Below, one piece after another: positions 26,833 to 36,086 of a DNA stretch of 41,585 nucleotides. Under the pieces are notes generated by a model. The model was not told the origin of the DNA. It worked only from the letters and a program-made list of their open reading frames with translations, and did no database searches. The stretch spans positions 132,251-173,835 of the forward strand of contig JANPIZ010000004.1 in NCBI GenBank assembly GCA_031425235.1. The letters run 5' to 3'. The number at the start of each line of letters is the position of its first letter. Positions within the stretch are counted from its first letter, which is position 1. Source of the stretch: Candidatus Nomurabacteria bacterium (GTDB lineage Bacteria > Patescibacteriota > Minisyncoccia > Phycocordibacterales > UBA9973). The translations under genes were made by a program, and so were the position numbers.

Positions 26833-26903
26833 TGCGGCCAGGGAAAATCGAATTCCCGCTTCAACCTTGGCAAGGTCGTGTTCTGCCACTAAACTATGAC
26901 CGC
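26833..26903 (-). tRNA. tRNA-Gly(GCC)
   Basis: Anticodon arm cgacc-ttgccaa-ggttg, T arm gggaa-ttcgatt-ttccc. Confidence 0.93.
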
Positions 26904-26906
26904 AAT

Positions 26907-27581
26907 CTAATTAAAATATACTCTACAAAGCTCAAGCCATTTCAGCATTTTTTTCTTTAAACTCGTGCTCAATATTATACTATTACCAACTCCATATTGC
27001 AATTTCCTTTTTTTCTCCTTACCTACTATAACTTGCGATTTATAAAAATTAGATTTGTTTATTCCTAATTTATTAGACCAAATTTCAATATTTTTTTCTA
27101 TATCATGATCGGGATATAACAATAACCAAAATTTTATTTTATCTCGTCCAATATTTAAAAATTTTTGAGAAAAGCTTATAAATACTATGTGCAGATAGAA
27201 TTCTGAGTTACTTAATCTTGTAAGATTTCTGCTGGTTTTGTCTCCTTCGCCAGCATAAAGCATTAGTCCTCCCATAAACAATGGATCATTTTTATATATT
27301 TCAAACTCTCGTTCCGCATCTTGTTCTACCGCCTTATATTTTTTATCTAACATTAAACGACGGCCAGCGTGTAATTTTTCTAAACGTTCTATGCTTAGTT
27401 TAATATTTTTATCCGTATTAGTTTTTTTAATATGCCTTGACCATTCTTCATTTTTGAACCAATCACAAAGAGTACTTCGTGAAATACCGAGTAATTTTTG
27501 GATTTCTCTGTAAGTTTTACCCTCTCTCCTTAATTTAAATGCTTGAGTTTGGTCATGTCTCATGATGTGTAAGTATATCAT
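26907..27581 (-). CDS. tRNA-adjacent HTH protein with LAGLIDADG-like C-terminal region
   Basis: LRREGKTYREI...LGISRSTL..W HTH, then LYAGEGDK...LSNSE...W...YGV. Confidence 0.7.
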   Translation of the reverse strand: MIYLHIMRHDQTQAFKLRREGKTYREIQKLLGISRSTLCDWFKNEEWSRHIKKTNTDKNIKLSIERLEKLHAGRRLMLDKKYKAVEQDAEREFEIYKNDPLFMGGLMLYAGEGDKTSRNLTRLSNSEFYLHIVFISFSQKFLNIGRDKIKFWLLLYPDHDIEKNIEIWSNKLGINKSNFYKSQVIVGKEKKRKLQYGVGNSIILSTSLKKKMLKWLELCRVYFN

Positions 27582-27645
27582 GATGGTTCGCTTTGTAAAA
27601 TATTAATATATAGTGTATAATTTGTCTTGTTATTAATTAATATTT

Positions 27646-27717
27646 GCACCCGTAGTGAAATGGATATCATGCCCGCCTTCGAAGCGGTTGTTCCAAGTTC
27701 GAGTCTTGGCGGGTGCA
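27646..27717 (+). tRNA. tRNA-Arg(TCG)
   Basis: gcacccg acceptor, anticodon loop cttcgaa, ccaag-ttcgagt-cttgg T arm. Confidence 0.93.
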
Positions 27718-27730
27718 CAAAGCCAATAAA

Positions 27731-29272
27731 ATGGATACTATCGAAAATTTAATAGATAAGATCCCGAAAGAGGTTTCATGTGTAACACAGACTCTAGAAA
27801 GCGCTGGTTTTGAAGCCCATCTTGTGGGTGGCTGTGTTCGTGATCTTTTAATAGGCAAAGAGCCGAAAGATTGGGATGTAGCCACAAACGCTAAGCCAGA
27901 GCAAATAATAAAGCTTTTTGATAAAACGATATATGAAAATAATTTTGGAACTGTAGCCGTATGTATACCCAAACAAACCAGTGTTATTCATGAAACATTA
28001 TTTAGTGATGTTATTCATGAAACCTCTAAATACTTCATCGTGGAAGTAACTCCATTTAGACTTGAAGCAAAATATACTGATTTTAGACACCCAGACCAAG
28101 TAACCTTCAGCGACAAAATTGAAGACGACCTTAAAAGACGTGATTTTACTGTAAATGCTCTGTCCTTTAGACTACATGATAAAGGACATAACATAAAGGA
28201 CATGTTTGGAGGCATAACGGACATAGAAAACAAAGTCTTACAGACAGTAGGTGACCCTGACAAGCGTTTTCATGAAGATGCGCTTCGCATGCTCCGAGCT
28301 GTACGTTTTTCGGTACAGCTTGATTTTTCAATTGCGGAAGACACGGGTAGAAGTATTGTAAAAAATTCAGAATTAATAAAGAATATATCCGCTGAAAGAA
28401 TTCGTGATGAATGTATAAAAATAATTAATTCCAAAAATCCAAGTGGAGGTATTATGCTATTACAAAGATTTGGCCTACTGCAGTATATTATTCCAGAACT
28501 CGAAGAGGGCATCGGCTGTGAACAGTCAGGTGAACACGTATATGATGTGTGGCAGCATTTACTTTATGCACTCCAGCATGCTGCAGACAAAAAATGGCCT
28601 TTTGAAATAAGACTCGCAGCCCTTTTCCATGATATTGGCAAACCAAAAAGTCGTCGCCTTGAAGTAGGAAGGCCGGGGAAAAAAATGTATACATTTTATG
28701 GCCACGAAGTCGTAAGTGCCCGTATGGCAAAAAAAATAATGGAACGGTTAAAATTTTCTCGAAAAGAAATTGAACTTGTACCAAAGCTCGTGCGTAATCA
28801 TATGTTTTTTTCTGACACTGAGCTCATTACGCTTTCAGCAGTACGCAGGATTATTACAAAAATAGGTACAGATCATATTTGGGATTTGATGAATCTACGC
28901 GAATGTGACCGTGTGGGAACAAATAAAAAAGAAACATCATATAGACTCCGGAAATATCATGCAATGATCGAAGAAGCACTCCGAGACCCGATATCTGTAG
29001 CTCAACTTAAAATAAATGGTGAATACATGATGAAAGAATTATCCATAAAACCTGGACCACGAATGGGATGGCTATTGAATGCCTTGCTCGAAGAAGTGTT
29101 AGAAGATCCATCAAAAAATGAGGTAGAAAAACTCTCAGAAATAGTAGAAGTTTTAAACAAGCTTAACGACAAGGAACTAAAAACGCTTGGAGATAAGGGA
29201 AAAGAGAAGAGGGAAGAGTTGGAAGAAAAAGAAGTGGCTAAGCTTCATCAAAAACACGGAGTACGAAAGTAA
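27731..29272 (+). CDS. cca: CCA tRNA nucleotidyltransferase with HD domain
   Basis: VGGCVRD, DWDVAT, RRDFTVNA, EDALRMLRA.RF, FHDIGK. ATG at 27731 follows the tRNA. Confidence 0.93.
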   Translation: MDTIENLIDKIPKEVSCVTQTLESAGFEAHLVGGCVRDLLIGKEPKDWDVATNAKPEQIIKLFDKTIYENNFGTVAVCIPKQTSVIHETLFSDVIHETSKYFIVEVTPFRLEAKYTDFRHPDQVTFSDKIEDDLKRRDFTVNALSFRLHDKGHNIKDMFGGITDIENKVLQTVGDPDKRFHEDALRMLRAVRFSVQLDFSIAEDTGRSIVKNSELIKNISAERIRDECIKIINSKNPSGGIMLLQRFGLLQYIIPELEEGIGCEQSGEHVYDVWQHLLYALQHAADKKWPFEIRLAALFHDIGKPKSRRLEVGRPGKKMYTFYGHEVVSARMAKKIMERLKFSRKEIELVPKLVRNHMFFSDTELITLSAVRRIITKIGTDHIWDLMNLRECDRVGTNKKETSYRLRKYHAMIEEALRDPISVAQLKINGEYMMKELSIKPGPRMGWLLNALLEEVLEDPSKNEVEKLSEIVEVLNKLNDKELKTLGDKGKEKREELEEKEVAKLHQKHGVRK

Positions 29273-29293
29273 ATTTATGAAACTTCTTGTTGA

Positions 29294-29332
29294 CCCGCCT
29301 GCATCAGCTATGCTGAAAGCATTGCGGGTAGG
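29294..29332. repeat. 39-bp palindromic element (intergenic copy)
   Basis: cccgcctgcatcagctatgctgaaagcattgcgggtagg between convergent genes. Confidence 0.9.
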
Positions 29333-29337
29333 TAGCA

Positions 29338-31017
29338 TTAGGATACTTCAATTTGATAACATTGCTCGCAGCACACTACCTCTTCGCGATCGGGAGCATA
29401 CGAAGTTTCAAACTCAGTCGCGCATTTTTTGTCACCATGTTGATGATTTTTTAATTCACACATGCAGCTGCGGTGCCATAATTTGCGGGGATTGCGTTTT
29501 GACATTCTGTCTTGGTGACGACATTCAAAATCTTTGTGCGGCAAGGGAATATTCATACGCTTGTAAAAATCAAGCTCGGATTTAGTAATCCGGAAATTCT
29601 TTTTGCAATCTTTACACACCAACACTTCTTTTATAATATCTTCCGTCACTTCACCTATTGTTTGAGGCATTTCGCTTTCTGTAATAGTTTCTTTATTATA
29701 TGTACCGCCTGTTTTACTCTGCCAATTAAAACCTTTTTCTTTTGCTTCCTGTTCTGTGATTTTATAATAATCAAAACCAAGTGTCTCGTTAAAACCAAAT
29801 GGCGAGAGTTCGGGTGGAAAAAATTGTCCATAAGTGCCGTCTTCTTTCATTTGTTCCTCAATCTGTTCTTTAATTTTTAAAAATTCTTCTTTACTATATT
29901 CTTTATTTAGAATCATATTCTGACCTTTGCGTATAGCAATACAACCGACAGCACTACTCAAATTGTGGCAATTTTCGGAATATTCTACTTCGTTCGAATA
30001 AAATACATACGCACAATTTTTAGACTTACTACACTGAAGTGCTCCCATTATGTTATAACAAAGTTCATTTTTGTAATAAAAATTATTACAGTCCATACTA
30101 TCTATTGATTCTTCTGTGTCAGCCATATACGAGCAATTTTTAGTGCCTGTGGTATCAAAAACCCTTACGCCATAATAGCAATTGTGTGTGTAGTCGCCAG
30201 TCACATTATTGCATTTTGTTTGTGAAGCGTATTTTACAAGTACTTTACTTTTTAGTTCTGCAAATTCTTTTTTGGCTTTTTCCAAATTTTCATAGGTTGA
30301 GAAAATCTCATTTTTCTTTTTCTCATATTCTTCTTTCGAGTATTTTACGTTTAAAATAGCATTAGACACGTTTCTACCATTGGTACAAAAGATGCAGTTA
30401 TTTGAATTGCGCATGTTGTAACAAAATATGAGATCAGTGGAAGACTGACACTGTTCAGAATACATGCAATTAAAACATTCACGTACATCGATACATTCAT
30501 AACACAGCTCAGAATTGTGAATAAAGGCGCAGTCAACACACTCTTTACATTTTTGGATAAGCCTACTATACATACAATTTTCATTGTACTCTGCAGCAAA
30601 AACTAAGTAACAATCCTTGCACTCTGCCGCGCCATTGGCATAATCAGTTCTTACTACGTTGAGGTTCATCAAAGCCAATCGCGGAACTTTTTTTTGTAAT
30701 TCGATATATTGTTCAAAAAATGTTTTATTCTGATTATAGTCCTGAGCAAAACTTTTTGGATCCCAGGCATCGCTCCACCAGCACGCAGAACAATAAATAG
30801 GATAGGGGCTATCTGCGGAATAAAGTGAAATTATATCTTTCTTGCATAAATCACAAGATCTTTTATAGAAAGTCCTTTCGTTTCTAAACGCCAATCGACG
30901 CATCACACGACAATCAGGGCAATATAACGGCGGATGAACTTTTATTTGATCGTAAAAAATCAAATCCTCCTTTCGTATTTCAAAATCTCGTTTACACGTT
31001 TTGCAATTTTTTTGCAT
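29338..31017 (-). CDS. Cysteine-rich zinc-ribbon / beta-solenoid protein
   Basis: CxxC pairs at both ends, central C-x5/6 repeats, RN.R.LW.R.C motif. Confidence 0.8.
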   Translation of the reverse strand: MQKNCKTCKRDFEIRKEDLIFYDQIKVHPPLYCPDCRVMRRLAFRNERTFYKRSCDLCKKDIISLYSADSPYPIYCSACWWSDAWDPKSFAQDYNQNKTFFEQYIELQKKVPRLALMNLNVVRTDYANGAAECKDCYLVFAAEYNENCMYSRLIQKCKECVDCAFIHNSELCYECIDVRECFNCMYSEQCQSSTDLIFCYNMRNSNNCIFCTNGRNVSNAILNVKYSKEEYEKKKNEIFSTYENLEKAKKEFAELKSKVLVKYASQTKCNNVTGDYTHNCYYGVRVFDTTGTKNCSYMADTEESIDSMDCNNFYYKNELCYNIMGALQCSKSKNCAYVFYSNEVEYSENCHNLSSAVGCIAIRKGQNMILNKEYSKEEFLKIKEQIEEQMKEDGTYGQFFPPELSPFGFNETLGFDYYKITEQEAKEKGFNWQSKTGGTYNKETITESEMPQTIGEVTEDIIKEVLVCKDCKKNFRITKSELDFYKRMNIPLPHKDFECRHQDRMSKRNPRKLWHRSCMCELKNHQHGDKKCATEFETSYAPDREEVVCCEQCYQIEVS

Positions 31018-31025
31018 ATATTATT

Positions 31026-31310
31026 TTATACGTCATCAGAAGTAACAATAAAGAAACTACCTAAATTTTCTGGATCACTTATGTTCGCATACAAGTGCGC
31101 GTTCCGAGTAAAAATTTCTTGTTTATTTACTTTGTCCGCGAACACCTGCAGCGTGGTTTCTTCACCTTCGGCAAGTATTCGAATACTTCCATCTTTTTTA
31201 GTAAACACGACTCCTGCGATACCGAGCTCATTCGCCGCAGACTGTATCCACTTAAATGAATCCAGCTGCAGCATTTCTCCCGATATTCCTATTTCCATGT
31301 GTTTAGTCAT
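31026..31310 (-). CDS. Acylphosphatase-fold protein (degenerate)
   Basis: A.ELGIAG.V....DGSI.I.AEGE. Lacks the VQGVGFR motif. Confidence 0.65.
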   Translation of the reverse strand: MTKHMEIGISGEMLQLDSFKWIQSAANELGIAGVVFTKKDGSIRILAEGEETTLQVFADKVNKQEIFTRNAHLYANISDPENLGSFFIVTSDDV

Positions 31311-31390
31311 ATATATATTATACCATTTCCTAATCTAACTTTATAAAGCAGAGAAGGAATTTTTTCAAGACTCCTTCTCTGGTCAAAAAA

Positions 31391-31597
31391 TTAGTTTATT
31401 CTTTGAGTCGTAAAAATTTTGAAGGACCTAAATCGAGTCTTTTTTGTCAGGACTTCACCAGGTTTTCCTTCATAGTTTTCATAGGACCCAAAATTTTCTT
31501 GAATGGAAAGAATTCCATTGGTATCGTTAACCCAAGAAACTATCCCGAGTTTAAACATTTTGATCTGAACTCTTCCTCGTTTTTTTATGTGTACCAT
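31391..31597 (-). CDS. Small hypothetical protein
   Basis: Perfect SD AAGGAGGTAAGAA-ATG, upstream TTGACA, downstream hairpin at 31349-31380. Confidence 0.55.
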   Translation of the reverse strand: MVHIKKRGRVQIKMFKLGIVSWVNDTNGILSIQENFGSYENYEGKPGEVLTKKTRFRSFKIFTTQRIN

Positions 31598-31760
31598 TTC
31601 TTACCTCCTTTTATGATTAAACATTAAAAATAGTTATTTTGTCAATAAGTGTAGTCATAAAAATAATTTATATTCTCAATATTAACAATATTTATTAGAA
31701 ATAAAGCATATTTTTGTCAAAAATATTTGACACAATTTATTTTATAAGTATAGTTATTAT

Positions 31761-32549
31761 ATGGCTGAGAAAACAAATGAACTAAAAAAGGTTTTACTCG
31801 AAATGGATTTTTCCCAAAAAGAAGCCGATGTGTATATTGCTATTTTAACTCTTGGTAGGGGAACAGCCTCGAAAATTGCGCGCGAAGCACATATTTTACG
31901 TACTACGGTATATGAAGTATTAAGTTCACTATTCAACAAAGGCCTAGTCACACTTTCCGGCAAAGAGCCAAAGCAAGAATACGTAGCCGAGTCACCCGAC
32001 AGATTGCAGGAATATATAAAAAGCCAGCTCGAGCAAAAACAAAAAGATTTACAGCAAGCAGAAAAAATATTGATCCCTCAGCTTAAATCGATCCACAATG
32101 TCGGCAATCGACCAAAAGTTATGTTTTATGAAGGGACAGAAGGAATGGAAAAAGTATATGAGGACACACTAAGTTCACATGAGGAAATACGCGCATTTGC
32201 CACGTATGATGACATGGAGCAAGCACTTCCTGGATATTTCCCAAAATATTTCCATAGAAGAGCTGCTAAAGGTATACCAATCCGGGCAATATTTCCTTTC
32301 ACAAAAGCTGGAGTTGAGCTGGGTAAAAATGACGCCTCGCAGCTCCGGGAAACAGCTATGGTCCCAGCAGACAAGTACTATTTTTCACCCGAGATAAATA
32401 TATATGATGATAAAATCATGATAGCCTCATGGAAAGAAAAACTCGGTATCATTATCGAATCCCATGAAATAGCAGATGCCATGAAAAAAATATTTGAGCT
32501 TGCCTGGGTAGAAGCTAAAAGACTAGATAAAGATTTGCGAAAAAATTAG
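31761..32549 (+). CDS. TrmB-family transcriptional regulator (second paralog)
   Basis: KEA.VY.A.L.LG wHTH, RTTVY..L..L..KGLV, PKVMFYEG.EG, EINIYDDKI. Confidence 0.92.
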   Translation: MAEKTNELKKVLLEMDFSQKEADVYIAILTLGRGTASKIAREAHILRTTVYEVLSSLFNKGLVTLSGKEPKQEYVAESPDRLQEYIKSQLEQKQKDLQQAEKILIPQLKSIHNVGNRPKVMFYEGTEGMEKVYEDTLSSHEEIRAFATYDDMEQALPGYFPKYFHRRAAKGIPIRAIFPFTKAGVELGKNDASQLRETAMVPADKYYFSPEINIYDDKIMIASWKEKLGIIIESHEIADAMKKIFELAWVEAKRLDKDLRKN

Positions 32550-33166
32550 TTTAAATCTTTAATTATTTTACTGATGAGCTTGGTACTTATTTGAGAAAAA
32601 TTAAATAGTACAGCGAGCGTGAAAAGGCCAAGGGAAACATTTGTATTTATAAAAGATAAGAAAATTGCTAATAATGCAAAAACGATGGGCACAAATATAC
32701 GCACAGTACCTCGACGTATTTCTTGATGACTTACCTCTATGTTCTTTATATGGTTCGAATTAAATACATAGCTCCGTATCACGAACAAACAGAGGCCTAT
32801 AATAATAGTGTGCAGGCCAAAGATAATAACCGAAAGTTGGTTATTACTATATTGCCCCAGAAGAGAAGTAGAGAAGGGTACAAGTCCGACAAAGAAAAAG
32901 AAGATGGCGTTTAAGTTAGTCAAATTAAGATCCAAATTTTTTGCATATACAGATATAAAGAAGTGGTGCGCTCGCCAATATGTGAAAAGGAGAGAGAAGC
33001 TCAAAACATAGCTGAGAAAAATAGGAAGTATGTTTTTAATAGCAATGGAAAGTTCTTGGGCATTTCTTGGGTCTATTAAATGAGGAACCTCAATTTCAAA
33101 TACAATAATAGTCATAACGATGGCAAAAATTCCATCGGCAAGTTGTTCGAGTCGTGCTGGTTTCAT
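32546..33166 (-). CDS. TMEM175-family K+ channel (DUF1211)
   Basis: RLEQLADGIFAIVMT, YW..HH, PFST. Confidence 0.9.
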   Translation of the reverse strand: MKPARLEQLADGIFAIVMTIIVFEIEVPHLIDPRNAQELSIAIKNILPIFLSYVLSFSLLFTYWRAHHFFISVYAKNLDLNLTNLNAIFFFFVGLVPFSTSLLGQYSNNQLSVIIFGLHTIIIGLCLFVIRSYVFNSNHIKNIEVSHQEIRRGTVRIFVPIVFALLAIFLSFINTNVSLGLFTLAVLFNFSQISTKLISKIIKDLN

Positions 33167-33206
33167 AAATTAAATATAACATAAAAATATATGCTAGAAT
33201 AGCGGA

Positions 33207-34010
33207 ATGAAAATTGGAATTTTTGATTCAGGGCTCGGCGGACTTGTGATTGCTAAATCTATTCGCCAGTTGATGCCACAATATGATTATGTATATCTCG
33301 GTGACACAAAACGAGTGCCATACGGCAACCGTTCCGAAGAAACGATCTACGAATTTACAGAGCAAGCGGTAGATTATTTATTTCGCAAAGAAAAATGTGA
33401 AATTATTATTATTGCCTGCAACACTATCTCTGCCCGAGCCCTCCGAAGAATACAAAGGGAATATCTTTCAACAAGTTTCACCAATCGAAAAGTGCTCGGA
33501 GTACTTATCCCAGCCGCCGAAGAATGTATGCAATTTGAGAAAGTTGGAATACTCGCGACCAGAAGCACAGTAGCTTCAGGAGCATTTCCAAAAGAAATCG
33601 GAAAACTTAGTAAAAAGTTACATAAAAGCATACAGGTGTTTCAAAATTCTGCACCTATGCTCGTACCGCTCGCAGAGGAAGGGATAGATGAAAAAGTGGG
33701 GCCCTTTATAGAAAAATATTTGAAACCACTGTTGAATAAACAAATAAACGCTCTCGTACTCGGATGTACCCATTACCCATTGTTTAAAAAGGAAATCCGG
33801 AAACATATCGGACCTAAAATAAAAATAATTTCGCAAGATGAAATCATCCCAAAAAAATTACAAAGTTATTTAATAAGGCATAAAGAAATAGACAAAAAAC
33901 TTTCAACAAAAAGAACGCTGAAAATATTAGTTACGAAGAAAACAAAAGTTGTAAAAAAGTTAACAGAAGAATGGTTTGAAAATATAAAACCGAAACTAGT
34001 AAAAATTTAA
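33207..34010 (+). CDS. murI: Glutamate racemase
   Basis: FDSGLGGL, PYG, IACNT, LGCTHYP. Confidence 0.97.
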   Translation: MKIGIFDSGLGGLVIAKSIRQLMPQYDYVYLGDTKRVPYGNRSEETIYEFTEQAVDYLFRKEKCEIIIIACNTISARALRRIQREYLSTSFTNRKVLGVLIPAAEECMQFEKVGILATRSTVASGAFPKEIGKLSKKLHKSIQVFQNSAPMLVPLAEEGIDEKVGPFIEKYLKPLLNKQINALVLGCTHYPLFKKEIRKHIGPKIKIISQDEIIPKKLQSYLIRHKEIDKKLSTKRTLKILVTKKTKVVKKLTEEWFENIKPKLVKI

Positions 34011-34033
34011 ATTTTAAAAAAAAGTCGCTTACC

Positions 34034-34519
34034 TTAAGTAAGCGACATAATCTCTTGTTCAGTCAAACTTTGAATCAAAATTGAACAGTCTGAATCGTGT
34101 TCAAAATTGTGGATTTCAACGTCAAGATTTGTCCAATGAATTGCGGGATAATAATTCATTAGAGAATGAATGGTGAATTCAGAATATTTACCACAGCATC
34201 TTGAAATTAATAAAACTGATTTTACTTCCACCCCACAGGAACTCAATATGTCTTGAATAATACAAGTTTTTAAGTCAGGCATTTTTCCAAAAGGGGTAGA
34301 TTCTAGATAGCTGTGTTCTGACAACATATCAAGTAATAAAGAACAAGGACCGATTAGTATTAAATCGAATGTTCTTAGCCAATTTATCTTTTTGGTGTTT
34401 TGAAAATATGTATTTACAAAACTATCCTGAAAATAAGATTCAACTTTCGATACTAATCTTAAGTCCTCTAACCCAAACCATGCTATAACTTCAAAATAAA
34501 TACTTTCATCTTTAAACAT
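34034..34519 (-). CDS. Hypothetical protein
   Basis: 161-aa ORF with SD AAGGAGAAAATTA-ATG. No recognisable family. Confidence 0.6.
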   Translation of the reverse strand: MFKDESIYFEVIAWFGLEDLRLVSKVESYFQDSFVNTYFQNTKKINWLRTFDLILIGPCSLLLDMLSEHSYLESTPFGKMPDLKTCIIQDILSSCGVEVKSVLLISRCCGKYSEFTIHSLMNYYPAIHWTNLDVEIHNFEHDSDCSILIQSLTEQEIMSLT

Positions 34520-34633
34520 TAATTTTCTCCTTTCTAAAGAACTTCTAACACGATCACTTTACAAGAATATTTAATTATTGTTAAATAAATTGATAATTTG
34601 TGTGAAATGTAATTATTTGTTACATTTATAACA

Positions 34634-35272
34634 ATGATAAAAGTAGGTGATAAAATTGAAGAAATAATCAAAGGCGACCACGAAGCACTTTTTTGCTTAT
34701 CTCGTGGGCTTCTAAATCTTTCGAGTTATGCACGCACGATTCATTTTGAGATAGAAAAAGTAACAAAAAAAGAAGTGAAGCTATCGACTATAATCATGGC
34801 ACTTTCTAGGCTAAGTAAAAAACTGAACGGAGTGACTCCACTATTACAAGAAGTATGCATTGATGGAATGACCGTAAAAACACCTTTAGCAGAAGTTGTG
34901 TTTGAAAAAGGATCATTCACCATTTCCAGACTTTCTGTAATTGAAAAAAATATAAAACCAAAAAGTGATGAATGGTTTAGCTTCTCTCAAAACTCCAAAG
35001 CAATTATTGTTATTTGCACAGAATCGAAAATAGATAACGTTATAAAACATATGGGAGTAAAGCCTTTAATTGTGCTAAAAGATTTGAGTGCACTAGGTCT
35101 ATCTATCAACCCAAGGTATCACGACAAGCCGAATATTACTTTTTCTTTATTACATAAAATAGCAGAGCGAGAAATTCCACTCGATGAAATTTTTACTACT
35201 CGAGATGAAATGATATTTATTTTTAGAACAAAATACTTGTCTCAAGTTGTCGAAATTTTTCAGACAAATTAA
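34634..35272 (+). CDS. Putative regulator: N-terminal helical domain + ACT-like domains
   Basis: L..GLLNLS.YAR...I.MALSR N-terminus and C-terminal L..IA...I...EI.TT..E ACT-like pattern. Confidence 0.55.
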   Translation: MIKVGDKIEEIIKGDHEALFCLSRGLLNLSSYARTIHFEIEKVTKKEVKLSTIIMALSRLSKKLNGVTPLLQEVCIDGMTVKTPLAEVVFEKGSFTISRLSVIEKNIKPKSDEWFSFSQNSKAIIVICTESKIDNVIKHMGVKPLIVLKDLSALGLSINPRYHDKPNITFSLLHKIAEREIPLDEIFTTRDEMIFIFRTKYLSQVVEIFQTN

Positions 35273-35280
35273 ATCTTACA

Positions 35281-36081
35281 TTAGACCTCAAGTAAAACAG
35301 GGCAATGGTCAGAGCCAAGCACTTCGGGTAAAATTTTTGCAGATGCAACTTTTTTCTCTAACTTTTTACTCACAAAAAAGTAATCAATCCGCCAGCCCAC
35401 ATTTCGAGCTCGGGCATTTGCAAAATGACTCCACCAGGTATAGTGACCATTACCTTTTGTAAAGATTCTAAATGTATCCACAAAATCCTTTTTGATCATA
35501 TTGTCTACTCCTTCCCGCTCTTCATGTGTAAAACCTTTATTGCCCACATTTTCTTTTGGTCGGGCAAGGTCGTCCGGTGTGTGTGCCACATTTAAATCTC
35601 CGCAAAAAATGACTGGTTTCTTTTTCTCGAGTTCTTTCATGTATTCCAAAAACGCGGGGTCCCAGTTTTTGTGGCGGAGGGGAATTCGAGACAAATCATC
35701 TTTTGCGTTTGGCGTATATACGGTGACAATGTAAAAATTTTTAAGTTCGACAGCGATGACCCTTCCTTCGGTGTTTGAATCGCCATATCCGTCGTCTACA
35801 ATTTTATATTTTTTTGCAATTTTCTGTGGAATATTTGAGGCAACCGAAATTGGTTTACCGAGAGAATTTTTTATGAAAATAGCCGTGCCGCTATAGCCTT
35901 TGCGAATTGCTGAATTCCAATATTCTTCATAATTTTTGAGGTCGAGCGGGCTTTGATCTTTTTGTGCTTTGGTTTCCTGTAGGCAAATAATGTCAGGCTT
36001 GTATTTTTTTACAAAAGGCATAAAAAGTCCTTTTTTGTCGACTGCCCGTATTCCATTTACATTCCAAGAAATTATTTTCAT
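35281..36081 (-). CDS. xth: Exodeoxyribonuclease III
   Basis: SWNVNGIR, CLQETK, GDLNVAH, GWRIDY, SDHCP. Confidence 0.97.
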   Translation of the reverse strand: MKIISWNVNGIRAVDKKGLFMPFVKKYKPDIICLQETKAQKDQSPLDLKNYEEYWNSAIRKGYSGTAIFIKNSLGKPISVASNIPQKIAKKYKIVDDGYGDSNTEGRVIAVELKNFYIVTVYTPNAKDDLSRIPLRHKNWDPAFLEYMKELEKKKPVIFCGDLNVAHTPDDLARPKENVGNKGFTHEEREGVDNMIKKDFVDTFRIFTKGNGHYTWWSHFANARARNVGWRIDYFFVSKKLEKKVASAKILPEVLGSDHCPVLLEV

Positions 36082-36086
36082 ATATT

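Noticed and set aside
27667-27972. Minus-strand ORF and the GTG start of cca at 27713
   Set aside because: Both overlap tRNA-Arg. The minus-strand ORF is an antisense shadow.
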